Below are positions 46,104 through 56,247 of a stretch of 64,000 bases of DNA, in pieces. Source of the stretch: Schmidtea nova (taxonomy: Eukaryota). Location of the stretch: assembly GCA_044892505.1 (NCBI GenBank), contig CM097883.1, positions 8,122,001-8,186,000 of the forward strand, written 5' to 3'. The notes under the pieces are model-generated. The model ran no database searches. It was not told the DNA's origin and worked only from the letters and a program-made list of their open reading frames with translations. Each line of letters begins with the position of its first letter. Within the stretch, counting starts at the first letter, position 1. The translations under genes were made by a program, and so were the position numbers.

Positions 46104-48335
46104 TCATTTATTTTTTGTTGTCGTACATTTGGGTTTTTTGATCTGTCTAGGTGGCAGATCTTGAACTGTACTTTTGCAAAGTTCGACGGCAGATGACGGA
46201 TCATCATCAATATCCGTTGGTAGTTTACGCTTAGGATTCACTGTTTCTGGTGTAGAAGCAATGGGAACAGATTCATCAATAACTACAGCACTTTGGCCAG
46301 GGTTAACAGCCTCGCTGGCAGTATCAGGGTTCAGAAGTGGACTTATCGACTCAAGAAGCCTGGTAATGCACTTACCAACACCTATAGAACAGATCTTTCG
46401 GCAAGACTTTGGTACACGGAAGGAAAATTTATTTTTCAGCAAAAAGCTTTTCTTGTCCCTTACAACAAAGAACAGGAGCCTTTTTGCTTTGGTGGTATCA
46501 GGAATAATCGAGTCAGATTCAAAATCGTTAATTCCATTGGCTATTCTATCAAGAGCCTTTAATTGTTGAGCTTTTTTTGGATAGGATTTCTCAATCTCAA
46601 CAAGAAAATTGTTAATTACAGAAATGGTCTCTGGAGAAATTATACTGTTTACCCTGTCAATCTCCTGGGCCAGATGAGATTGCTGAAGCTTAAGAACTCG
46701 TTCCTGGCAGCTAGTACTATAATAAGAGTCTATCGGAATTTCCCTGATCAAAGCCGGAGCCCAGGAGACCAAATCACTACAGCGTAAGGAATTAATATTC
46801 TCAATGCACATAATGGAGTGCATCAGAAAGCAGTTGCGAAGGTAGTTAAACACATATATATCGAACGACGTTTCAGATTTATATTTTAGGGATCCCTGTA
46901 AGTTTAAAAGATTTAAATAAAAAATTATATTTATTAGTTTTTCAGGAGATTGTGGCTGATTCAACAAATGTCCAAATTCAGTGTCCAAATTTGACATTTC
47001 AGTAAAGTCCAGCAGCCCTAGGTTAAACATTATGTCAGCCGCACCTTCATCCTGCAGTCTGACAGAACTCTGGCAATTTTTGGGCAATTTTATGAATTTA
47101 CCCCCCACAAATGAGATCTCTGCAGGAAAGTTTTTAGAAAATTTTAATTCATTTATTAATTTAATTAATAAATTAGGATTTTTATTTATATTTTCAACAA
47201 AATAAAGTTGAGGAATCTCAGGAAAAGATTTCGTCAGCTCTTCCAGCTCAGTACGGGAAAGTTCAGTTGGGTTTTGACTAGTGCTGACATTGGCAGAGAC
47301 ACCAGTATTAAAAAGATCCAGCAAGAGGAATTCTCCATCACAAAATTTCACCTGCGAATTTATCAAAAAGTTTGGGATTTCACCCTGTTGCTTGAGATCG
47401 TGTAGGATGTTGTTAATTCGGATTTCCCTATCCTTAGCATTTTTAATCACAATAGTTTCAGCAAACTTATTTGTGAGAGCAAATAAAAATTTTTTAATAT
47501 AGAGGGAAGCAGGAACAAATTTGTATTCGTTACAGGTAGGCACTATAACGTTAGATCCAATTAAAAAGATGCCCTTATTTGGCTTTTTTATTGCTGGGAT
47601 AGATGGTTTTGAATCAGCTTTCGAAAGATCAACAAGCACACATATGTGGCGATTTCTATAAAACAGCCTTTCAAAACCTGATATCCCCAACGGGTTATCT
47701 GATTTTGATATTTGGCAAAGAATATTATTAATTTTATTAAATTTTTCTTTACTTTCTTTTGATTTTAATAGTTTTTCTATATTTATATTAGTTTTTAAAT
47801 AATTTAATTTTTCCCTTTTAGTCAAATGGCGTGGAAAAATAGTTGAAAATACTAAGCCATCTTTTTTATTTTTACTATTGGGGTCTGATTTTTTATTTAA
47901 AGATTTTTTATTTAAAGATTTTTCAACAGGACCAGACCGAGGCTGAAAATTCTTTTCAATTATTGGATTTTGATTTAAATTGGAAATTGGATTATTATCA
48001 ATTGTAATTTTAAAATTTACTAATTTACAATCATTAAAATTTGTATCTTTATTTTCCTTATTTAAAATTATTTTTATTTTAGAAGGGTCAAACTCATCAC
48101 GGCCCAAACTCTCATCAAGAATAATCTGCCTAGCAGAAAAAAAATCATTTAATTTATTTTCATTATTTAATCTATTTTTACTAGAAATATTTTTAATCAA
48201 AAGAGGCATATCATTAATACATTTACTAGCATTTGAATATTTCAAACTACTTTCAGATTTAATATTTACAAAATATTCATCTGAAATATTCAAATGCTCC
48301 AAAAGAAAATTTAACTTACTGTTAATTTCTTCCAT
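46104..48335 (-). CDS. ORF1 of E6 (743 aa, unknown function)
   Basis: Open frame, ATG at 48335. Confidence 0.85.
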   Translation of the reverse strand: MEEINSKLNFLLEHLNISDEYFVNIKSESSLKYSNASKCINDMPLLIKNISSKNRLNNENKLNDFFSARQIILDESLGRDEFDPSKIKIILNKENKDTNFNDCKLVNFKITIDNNPISNLNQNPIIEKNFQPRSGPVEKSLNKKSLNKKSDPNSKNKKDGLVFSTIFPRHLTKREKLNYLKTNINIEKLLKSKESKEKFNKINNILCQISKSDNPLGISGFERLFYRNRHICVLVDLSKADSKPSIPAIKKPNKGIFLIGSNVIVPTCNEYKFVPASLYIKKFLFALTNKFAETIVIKNAKDREIRINNILHDLKQQGEIPNFLINSQVKFCDGEFLLLDLFNTGVSANVSTSQNPTELSRTELEELTKSFPEIPQLYFVENINKNPNLLIKLINELKFSKNFPAEISFVGGKFIKLPKNCQSSVRLQDEGAADIMFNLGLLDFTEMSNLDTEFGHLLNQPQSPEKLINIIFYLNLLNLQGSLKYKSETSFDIYVFNYLRNCFLMHSIMCIENINSLRCSDLVSWAPALIREIPIDSYYSTSCQERVLKLQQSHLAQEIDRVNSIISPETISVINNFLVEIEKSYPKKAQQLKALDRIANGINDFESDSIIPDTTKAKRLLFFVVRDKKSFLLKNKFSFRVPKSCRKICSIGVGKCITRLLESISPLLNPDTASEAVNPGQSAVVIDESVPIASTPETVNPKRKLPTDIDDDPSSAVELCKSTVQDLPPRQIKKPKCTTTKNK

Positions 48336-48445
48336 CAACAGAGCAGCCAAATCTAAACAAATCTGAAAATCTAAATTTATAAATATATATGCTAAAGATT
48401 TATAATTTAAATAAACTATTAAAATCAAAAATTTTAAAAATTTTA

Positions 48446-48484
48446 AACGAGATCGGGTGAATAAAGATTATTATGGTCGTGGAC
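48446..48484 (-). pseudogene. Variant 5S 5' half (nt 1-39) at the E6 5' junction
   Basis: Same three substitutions. Confidence 0.9.
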
Positions 48485-48683
48485 AAAGACTATATTTATT
48501 TGGTACTGAAATATATTATCAATAATTTTTTTTCTCAATGAATTTCGCCGATTCACCACATCATGTTGAGATAGGCTGAAAAAAAGTAAAAAAATTAATT
48601 CAGAACTCACCGAATTAGTCATATCATCTTTTCGAATCGAATATTCATCGAATAATGAAATTCGAATTCGTAATCGACAAAAA

Positions 48684-48802
48684 AGTCCACAACACCTCGT
48701 ATTCCCAGGCGGTCACCCATCCAAGTACTAACGAGGCCTTAACCTGCTTAACTTCCGAGATCGAACGAGATCGGGTGAATCCAGATTAGTATGGTCGTGG
48801 AC
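48684..48802 (-). rRNA. 5S_rRNA: 5S rRNA gene
   Basis: Array consensus. Confidence 0.97.
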
Positions 48803-49001
48803 AAAGACTATATTTATTTGGTACTGAAATATATTATCAATAATTTTTTTTCTCAATGAATTTCGCCGATTCACCACATCATGTTGAGATAGGCTGAAAA
48901 AAAGTAAAAAAATTAATTCAGAACTCACCGAATTAGTCATATCATCTTTTCGAATCGAATATTCATCGAATAATGAAATTCGAATTCGTAATCGACAAAA
49001 A

Positions 49002-49120
49002 AGTCCACAACACCTCGTATTCCCAGGCGGTCACCCATCCAAGTACTAACGAGGCCTTAACCTGCTTAACTTCCGAGATCGAACGAGATCGGGTGAATCC
49101 AGATTAGTATGGTCGTGGAC
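49002..49120 (-). rRNA. 5S_rRNA: 5S rRNA gene
   Basis: Array consensus. Confidence 0.97.
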
Positions 49121-49319
49121 AAAGACTATATTTATTTGGTACTGAAATATATTATCAATAATTTTTTTTCTCAATGAATTTCGCCGATTCACCACATCAT
49201 GTTGAGATAGGCTGAAAAAAAGTAAAAAAATTAATTCAGAACTCACCGAATTAGTCATATCATCTTTTCGAATCGAATATTCATCGAATAATGAAATTCG
49301 AATTCGTAATCGACAAAAA

Positions 49320-49438
49320 AGTCCACAACACCTCGTATTCCCAGGCGGTCACCCATCCAAGTACTAACGAGGCCTTAACCTGCTTAACTTCCGAGATCGA
49401 ACGAGATCGGGTGAATCCAGATTAGTATGGTCGTGGAC
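49320..49438 (-). rRNA. 5S_rRNA: 5S rRNA gene
   Basis: Array consensus. Confidence 0.97.
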
Positions 49439-49637
49439 AAAGACTATATTTATTTGGTACTGAAATATATTATCAATAATTTTTTTTCTCAATGAATTTC
49501 GCCGATTCACCACATCATGTTGAGATAGGCTGAAAAAAAGTAAAAAAATTAATTCAGAACTCACCGAATTAGTCATATCATCTTTTCGAATCGAATATTC
49601 ATCGAATAATGAAATTCGAATTCGTAATCGACAAAAA

Positions 49638-49756
49638 AGTCCACAACACCTCGTATTCCCAGGCGGTCACCCATCCAAGTACTAACGAGGCCTTAACCTG
49701 CTTAACTTCCGAGATCGAACGAGATCGGGTGAATCCAGATTAGTATGGTCGTGGAC
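49638..49756 (-). rRNA. 5S_rRNA: 5S rRNA gene
   Basis: Array consensus. Confidence 0.97.
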
Positions 49757-49955
49757 AAAGACTATATTTATTTGGTACTGAAATATATTATCAATAATTT
49801 TTTTTCTCAATGAATTTCGCCGATTCACCACATCATGTTGAGATAGGCTGAAAAAAAGTAAAAAAATTAATTCAGAACTCACCGAATTAGTCATATCATC
49901 TTTTCGAATCGAATATTCATCGAATAATGAAATTCGAATTCGTAATCGACAAAAA

Positions 49956-50074
49956 AGTCCACAACACCTCGTATTCCCAGGCGGTCACCCATCCAAGTAC
50001 TAACGAGGCCTTAACCTGCTTAACTTCCGAGATCGAACGAGATCGGGTGAATCCAGATTAGTATGGTCGTGGAC
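49956..50074 (-). rRNA. 5S_rRNA: 5S rRNA gene
   Basis: Array consensus. Confidence 0.97.
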
Positions 50075-50273
50075 AAAGACTATATTTATTTGGTACTGAA
50101 ATATATTATCAATAATTTTTTTTCTCAATGAATTTCGCCGATTCACCACATCATGTTGAGATAGGCTGAAAAAAAGTAAAAAAATTAATTCAGAACTCAC
50201 CGAATTAGTCATATCATCTTTTCGAATCGAATATTCATCGAATAATGAAATTCGAATTCGTAATCGACAAAAA

Positions 50274-50392
50274 AGTCCACAACACCTCGTATTCCCAGGC
50301 GGTCACCCATCCAAGTACTAACGAGGCCTTAACCTGCTTAACTTCCGAGATCGAACGAGATCGGGTGAATCCAGATTAGTATGGTCGTGGAC
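50274..50392 (-). rRNA. 5S_rRNA: 5S rRNA gene
   Basis: Array consensus. Confidence 0.97.
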
Positions 50393-50591
50393 AAAGACTA
50401 TATTTATTTGGTACTGAAATATATTATCAATAATTTTTTTTCTCAATGAATTTCGCCGATTCACCACATCATGTTGAGATAGGCTGAAAAAAAGTAAAAA
50501 AATTAATTCAGAACTCACCGAATTAGTCATATCATCTTTTCGAATCGAATATTCATCGAATAATGAAATTCGAATTCGTAATCGACAAAAA

Positions 50592-50710
50592 AGTCCACAA
50601 CACCTCGTATTCCCAGGCGGTCACCCATCCAAGTACTAACGAGGCCTTAACCTGCTTAACTTCCGAGATCGAACGAGATCGGGTGAATCCAGATTAGTAT
50701 GGTCGTGGAC
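50592..50710 (-). rRNA. 5S_rRNA: 5S rRNA gene
   Basis: Array consensus. Confidence 0.97.
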
Positions 50711-50909
50711 AAAGACTATATTTATTTGGTACTGAAATATATTATCAATAATTTTTTTTCTCAATGAATTTCGCCGATTCACCACATCATGTTGAGATAG
50801 GCTGAAAAAAAGTAAAAAAATTAATTCAGAACTCACCGAATTAGTCATATCATCTTTTCGAATCGAATATTCATCGAATAATGAAATTCGAATTCGTAAT
50901 CGACAAAAA

Positions 50910-51007
50910 AGTCCACAACACCTCGTATTCCCAGGCGGTCACCCATCCAAGTACTAACGAGGCCTTAACCTGCTTAACTTCCGAGATCGAACGAGATCGG
51001 GTGAATC
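50910..51007 (-). pseudogene. 5S 3' half (nt 22-119) at the E7 3' junction
   Basis: Identical junction. Confidence 0.92.
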
Positions 51008-51615
51008 GAAAAAGTTTTATTTAATAATAAAATTTGAAAATTTACAAGAGGACAATGCTCAACATGGAGCACGCCAAACAGGCAATATACAAGAACAAAA
51101 GAGTCAGAAAGAAATCAATCAAATCAATGTAATTGTCGAGATATTTTCGACTCAATTGTCATTTGCAACTGCCGGAATTGTCCCAGGCATTTGATGTGGT
51201 TTTCCTTCGGATAATAGCTCCGGCTTAATTCGATATAGCTTTTGATGCATCTGCCAGGTACACGAATGAGATCAGATCGATAACATCAACACAAGAGAGA
51301 AGTGTCACGTGTAAGTCGGAAAACGGGCTTCTCGAGCTGTAGCGACAAGTCATCACAGTTAGAGATTAGGCAATTCCAGGCTAACGTAATATTTACAGGC
51401 ATCTTTCTGATCCCAGCTAAATCTCATCAATTCTATCTAAATATTTGCAAGAAAGGGAAATATATATATATAAACATAAATGATAATAATTATATATAAT
51501 AAATCCGGACCTTGGAGAGGGGAATATCTAAAACATAAAATATACTACTTTTATACATCAAGGTAAATGTAACAATGATAAACCTCAATTGAATAAAAAA
51601 CAAAGAATATTTACA

Positions 51616-54600
51616 TTAATTTTGATCTTTAATAAAGAGATTATCATCATCAAAGGTGGGTAGGATACCATTCTTGTGGAAGTACCATCGCTTGGCAGAG
51701 TGTGCGATGTTACTTATGGCACATTTCTTTAGAAGTCCATCCACCTGGCCTTTCTTTACACCAACCTTTTGAAGGACTTGCGAAGTTTCTGGAGGAAAAG
51801 AGCCAAGAGCACCAATAATACAAGTGTCAAGCTCAACTTTAAAGTCGGGTTTAGCAGCTTGTATATCAGTTTTCAAAGAGTTATATTTTGCCAGATTCAA
51901 TGAATTTACCCGATCAAAGTGGGTCAATGAATCACTAGGGCATTTCAAATCAACCAGGAAAATTCTTTTACGAGACACGTCCGTTATAAGCAAATCAACT
52001 CGTTCTTTGGAAAGTGGAACAAGTGAGCATGCGTGATCAACTACAACAATCAAGTTTTTATTAGATTGAAGTTGTTTCGCGATAAGTTTAAGACAAGCGT
52101 CATGCCGCTCAGAACCCAGTGTCAGATGTACCTTGCATGATTGGAGTACATGAGAAGAGGTCTCATCATCTTCATGACACCGACGACATAGTCTTTTCTC
52201 ACCTCTGTTATAAGGCTTCGCAAGAGTGGAAAGAGTGTTTGTGCGAGCTCTGTGAATGAAATTCCAGCTAAATTCGGACAATTCACTTCGATAAATTGCT
52301 TTGTTCACTATCGGTGAAAGTTTTACTGCTGAAGCGATGATGTTGGAAATACAGCTTTTTTCCCATTTGGCCAAGTATGAATCACAGAGCATCATGTGTA
52401 GTATTTTTGATGTTGTCTGACGAGTGTCAGGAGTTACAATGCAAGTACCACGCTCTGCAGTGGTGATGTAGAGCCATGGTTCTCGATTCGTGACTGTGAA
52501 TGTAATGCTAATGTCATGAGTCTTTTCAAAGAAAGCAACCGCAATCCTAGCTCTTTGAAATCGAGTTTTCTTTCCAGAATGGGGGGAAAGAGACTCTTTA
52601 CCATTGAGCCAATCAAGACTTTCTTGAAGAGTTGGATTTTTTATCCCAAGACGTGGACTAGTGACAAAAGCCAAAGAGTCAAGATTAACTTTCCTCGCAA
52701 AGTCACATTTCGACGTGATGAGTCGGAAAAAGTGTGTAATAGTCTGCGTGTGATACTCATCAAGGAGATCAACACAATTTGCTCCACCATTTTCTGTAGA
52801 GTTGTAAAAATAACTCACTTCAGAATGACTTGGCAAAAGCAGCATTTTTCTCAAGTGATTTCTCATTTGGCTGGTGATATTTACCGAGAGATTACTATTA
52901 CCACAAGATTTTGAGAGAGCACTAGTTTTAATCTCTCTGGTTCTGAAAGGAAAGATCAAGCGAGAGTGGATGAAGATCTTGTAGGCTTTCAGTTTTTGCC
53001 AACCAAGCAAATCAGAATCGGCAAGTTTTTTGGTGTCAATTAAAGCTTGTTCAAGAATGTCATATGGACTCTGATCAGTTTCCTCACCTACTGGCACACC
53101 AAGGTACTGGTAGAATTCATTAGACAAGAGCTTTTGAATTTTGACATTATTGATGGAAATTTCGCTGTCAATGTGGATATTTGGCAGTTGTAAATAGCCA
53201 CATTTTTCCGGGCGATATTCGAAGCCTATTTCGGTGGCAGTTGTAACAGCAATGTTGACGAGTTTTTGTAAGTCATCTACAGATTTAGCAACAATGGCAA
53301 TGTCGTCAGCGTATGCGAGAATCTTGACAGATGATTCTCCAATAGTAAAAGCATCACAAACTGTACTGGAAACAGCTTCCAGTACAGGGTTTATTGCCAA
53401 AGCAAACAGAATCATGGAGATGGGACATCCCTGCTTGACACCCTTTTTAATCAGGATGTTAGGAGTTACGATAGGCCCACAACTATAAAAGGAGCTAGTG
53501 TCAGAGTATAACATTTGCAAGATGGAAGCAAATTCTTCACCAACTCCAATGTACCGGAGTAAGGACCACATGTAATCATGTGGGACACTACCAAATGCAT
53601 CCTTAATATCAAGCCAGGCGATAGATAGAGGACAGCGCTTACTATACTTGGAATGCTCAAGCGCAGCAGACAGAATTGAATTGTGCTCAACACAACCATC
53701 ATGTTCAGAACCACCTTTCTGCCCAACATGCAAAAGATTGTTCAAGGTTATCCAGCGTGTAAGGCGAGAGGCAAGGCAGGAAGCGAATACTTTGTAAATA
53801 ACAGAGAGTAAGGCAATTGGACGCCAAGACGATACGTCTGCATATTTATTATTTTTGTTAGGCTTAGGAGTTAAAAGGGTTTTAAAGGCCTTCCAACTGT
53901 CAGGTATGGACTTTTCAGTAATGATCTTGTTGAATAAAAAGGCAAGTATATGACCCCCAGGATCTAGACGCAACAAGTCACGATATTGCAATCCATCAAT
54001 ACCAGGACTAGTGTTGTCAGCCTTCCTAAGTTCATACACTACCTCCTTACTCGAGATGCATTGCAGAGTAAGTACTCGTTCAGAACGTTTACAGAATACG
54101 AATAATTTCTCCCACTGGCCACGTATTGGAGTTTCATGAGAAAAATATTTGACGATATTCTGGAATGTTGGTCGGGTAGGTACATCAAAGTTATTGATGA
54201 CCATGTTGACCGCCGATTTCATGTCCGTGGTAAATTTTTTAATAAGTTTATTTTTGCTGATTTTAGAGGCTCTCGGTCTGGTTCCCAAGTAAGGTTTTGA
54301 CAAAGGCTTAAGTTTCTCAGGAAACTGTTCATTAATTGCATAAATAATTTCATTGGTGCTAAAATTTGCCCATTTAATAACAAGTAATTCAGCATTAGTT
54401 ATACGCTGTTTGATAGAGATATTTGTAGCAAAGTTATTATCAAGTTTAGCTTTACCTAGACTTTCAAATTTATCATGTTCTTTTACATGAAAGACCAAAG
54501 AACTAACTATATTTCCAATCTCACGCAGGTTTAAGTTTATGAGGGGTAAATCCCTTGAGTAATTGTTAATAAAAGAACATAAAAGCACTTTACTTATTAG

Positions 54601-56241
54601 ACCTGAGCCGCGGATGTCATGAGGACATTCACAAAAATTTAAAACGCGGCCTGGTGTTTCTTTAATTTCATTTATTTTATTTCTGAGTATTCGACAGGTT
54701 GACATGTAATTGTCGTTATCAGTCAAAGATGTTGGATTGATAAGATAACAAGTATCAACACTATAGTCAAGAATAAGTAAAATTTCTCGATGTTTCGGAG
54801 GTGCAACAATAGCAAAGATGACTTGTGACTTGATGATCCACTCAAAGTTTAAAAATTCGTTTAGGTGCTGAGTGCAATCATCAAGAATCGCCAAGCACAT
54901 TGTAGAATTTAGAAGCAAGAATCGATTAGGTAAATTTAAATTATTAAAAAATTTTGTGATGATTTTATCAGTGATTTTAGAATTTAGTAAATTTAAATTC
55001 TGAGAGATCTCATTCGCTTCCCTTAATTTTAATAAATTTAGGGACTCACTGATCTTCGAAATGGATACTTCTTTATTGAAGAATAATCTTTCAAGCAACT
55101 CAATAAAGACAGATGCAAAGAGAATTGGGTCATCAGAGACGATAGGCCAAAGCTCAATGTTGTGATTAGGTTTGAAGCTAATGTCCGATGATAGAAAAAA
55201 CTTATTTAGATAGTCAGTCATATTATCGCTAATACCAAGCAGACGTTCCGAAAGAAGTTTTTCTTGATTGTTGAAGATGTGGCTAGCACCGTATGCAGTA
55301 GAAAAGAGATAAAGGCACCAGTAATTCTCATTTGGGATAACACTTATAACATGGTTAATTCCAAGAAAATGTTTGAAAGTGACATTTTCTCTAATGAATG
55401 ACTCGTTTTGAGCAATCATATTTAATGTCAATTCGTGTGACAGAACCAAGATGTTTTTATGGTCCTTGAACCATTCCGCAATAAGGGAGGAGACACACGA
55501 GTTTCTTTTGAGAAGAAAAATGTGATTGTGTTTATTCACAACTGTTACCTTTTTAGATTGTTTTTTGTCAGTAATCTTTGGTATCCCACCCCCAGATGAT
55601 TTAGGTAATTCACTCATCATGGACAATTGAAATTGGTGGACATCCTTTCTAATGGACTCGATAAAGTCAACAGGAAACTTCTGCCATTCGCCACTTATCA
55701 TCATAGCATACGCGCAGATGAAAGGACCACAGTCGTAGTTGTTGTCTTGAAAGACAAAGGATTTGTGTGGATGAAAGAAAACCGCAGATTTCAGATTAAA
55801 CAAACGATTCAAAGCAATGTTGGTTTGAAGCGCAGTCGCTTTATTACTAAGTGAATGTCGGTTGTCAAAAATTGGATCAACAAAGTAAGAAGTCAGCGAG
55901 GACTTGCAATACACAAACAAGATCCAGTGAGATTGGTCAATGTTAAGGGGGCACAATAATATTTGCGCTGACAAAACTCTTTCCGGCATTGGAAAAATAT
56001 CATCCGAAAGGTTTGCCCTTAAAATCTCTATTTGGAAACATTTTACAGGCGCAAATTTAGGGTTACTGATGTGACTTTCTAAATAGTTATCAATGTCATC
56101 ATCAGTGAACCAGACTTTAGGGTTACGTATTATGCTTTGGTTTTTGAAAATATTAACTATATTATTAGGGATAATACTATCTGTGCTGTCTACAACAGTC
56201 TCGTTGGAGATTGGAACAGATATTGAGACTGGTGCAGGCAC
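51616..56241 (-). CDS. ORF2 of E7 (Ulp1-like protease, RT, CCHC, RLE)
   Basis: 1541 codons, same motifs. Confidence 0.95.
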   Translation of the reverse strand: MPAPVSISVPISNETVVDSTDSIIPNNIVNIFKNQSIIRNPKVWFTDDDIDNYLESHISNPKFAPVKCFQIEILRANLSDDIFPMPERVLSAQILLCPLNIDQSHWILFVYCKSSLTSYFVDPIFDNRHSLSNKATALQTNIALNRLFNLKSAVFFHPHKSFVFQDNNYDCGPFICAYAMMISGEWQKFPVDFIESIRKDVHQFQLSMMSELPKSSGGGIPKITDKKQSKKVTVVNKHNHIFLLKRNSCVSSLIAEWFKDHKNILVLSHELTLNMIAQNESFIRENVTFKHFLGINHVISVIPNENYWCLYLFSTAYGASHIFNNQEKLLSERLLGISDNMTDYLNKFFLSSDISFKPNHNIELWPIVSDDPILFASVFIELLERLFFNKEVSISKISESLNLLKLREANEISQNLNLLNSKITDKIITKFFNNLNLPNRFLLLNSTMCLAILDDCTQHLNEFLNFEWIIKSQVIFAIVAPPKHREILLILDYSVDTCYLINPTSLTDNDNYMSTCRILRNKINEIKETPGRVLNFCECPHDIRGSGLISKVLLCSFINNYSRDLPLINLNLREIGNIVSSLVFHVKEHDKFESLGKAKLDNNFATNISIKQRITNAELLVIKWANFSTNEIIYAINEQFPEKLKPLSKPYLGTRPRASKISKNKLIKKFTTDMKSAVNMVINNFDVPTRPTFQNIVKYFSHETPIRGQWEKLFVFCKRSERVLTLQCISSKEVVYELRKADNTSPGIDGLQYRDLLRLDPGGHILAFLFNKIITEKSIPDSWKAFKTLLTPKPNKNNKYADVSSWRPIALLSVIYKVFASCLASRLTRWITLNNLLHVGQKGGSEHDGCVEHNSILSAALEHSKYSKRCPLSIAWLDIKDAFGSVPHDYMWSLLRYIGVGEEFASILQMLYSDTSSFYSCGPIVTPNILIKKGVKQGCPISMILFALAINPVLEAVSSTVCDAFTIGESSVKILAYADDIAIVAKSVDDLQKLVNIAVTTATEIGFEYRPEKCGYLQLPNIHIDSEISINNVKIQKLLSNEFYQYLGVPVGEETDQSPYDILEQALIDTKKLADSDLLGWQKLKAYKIFIHSRLIFPFRTREIKTSALSKSCGNSNLSVNITSQMRNHLRKMLLLPSHSEVSYFYNSTENGGANCVDLLDEYHTQTITHFFRLITSKCDFARKVNLDSLAFVTSPRLGIKNPTLQESLDWLNGKESLSPHSGKKTRFQRARIAVAFFEKTHDISITFTVTNREPWLYITTAERGTCIVTPDTRQTTSKILHMMLCDSYLAKWEKSCISNIIASAVKLSPIVNKAIYRSELSEFSWNFIHRARTNTLSTLAKPYNRGEKRLCRRCHEDDETSSHVLQSCKVHLTLGSERHDACLKLIAKQLQSNKNLIVVVDHACSLVPLSKERVDLLITDVSRKRIFLVDLKCPSDSLTHFDRVNSLNLAKYNSLKTDIQAAKPDFKVELDTCIIGALGSFPPETSQVLQKVGVKKGQVDGLLKKCAISNIAHSAKRWYFHKNGILPTFDDDNLFIKDQN

Positions 56242-56247
56242 GCACCT

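Larger units (their letters stand above)
40864..48445 (-). mobile_element. E6: full-length, potentially active copy, subfamily B, 7582 bp
   Basis: Intact ORFs and precise junctions. Confidence 0.95.
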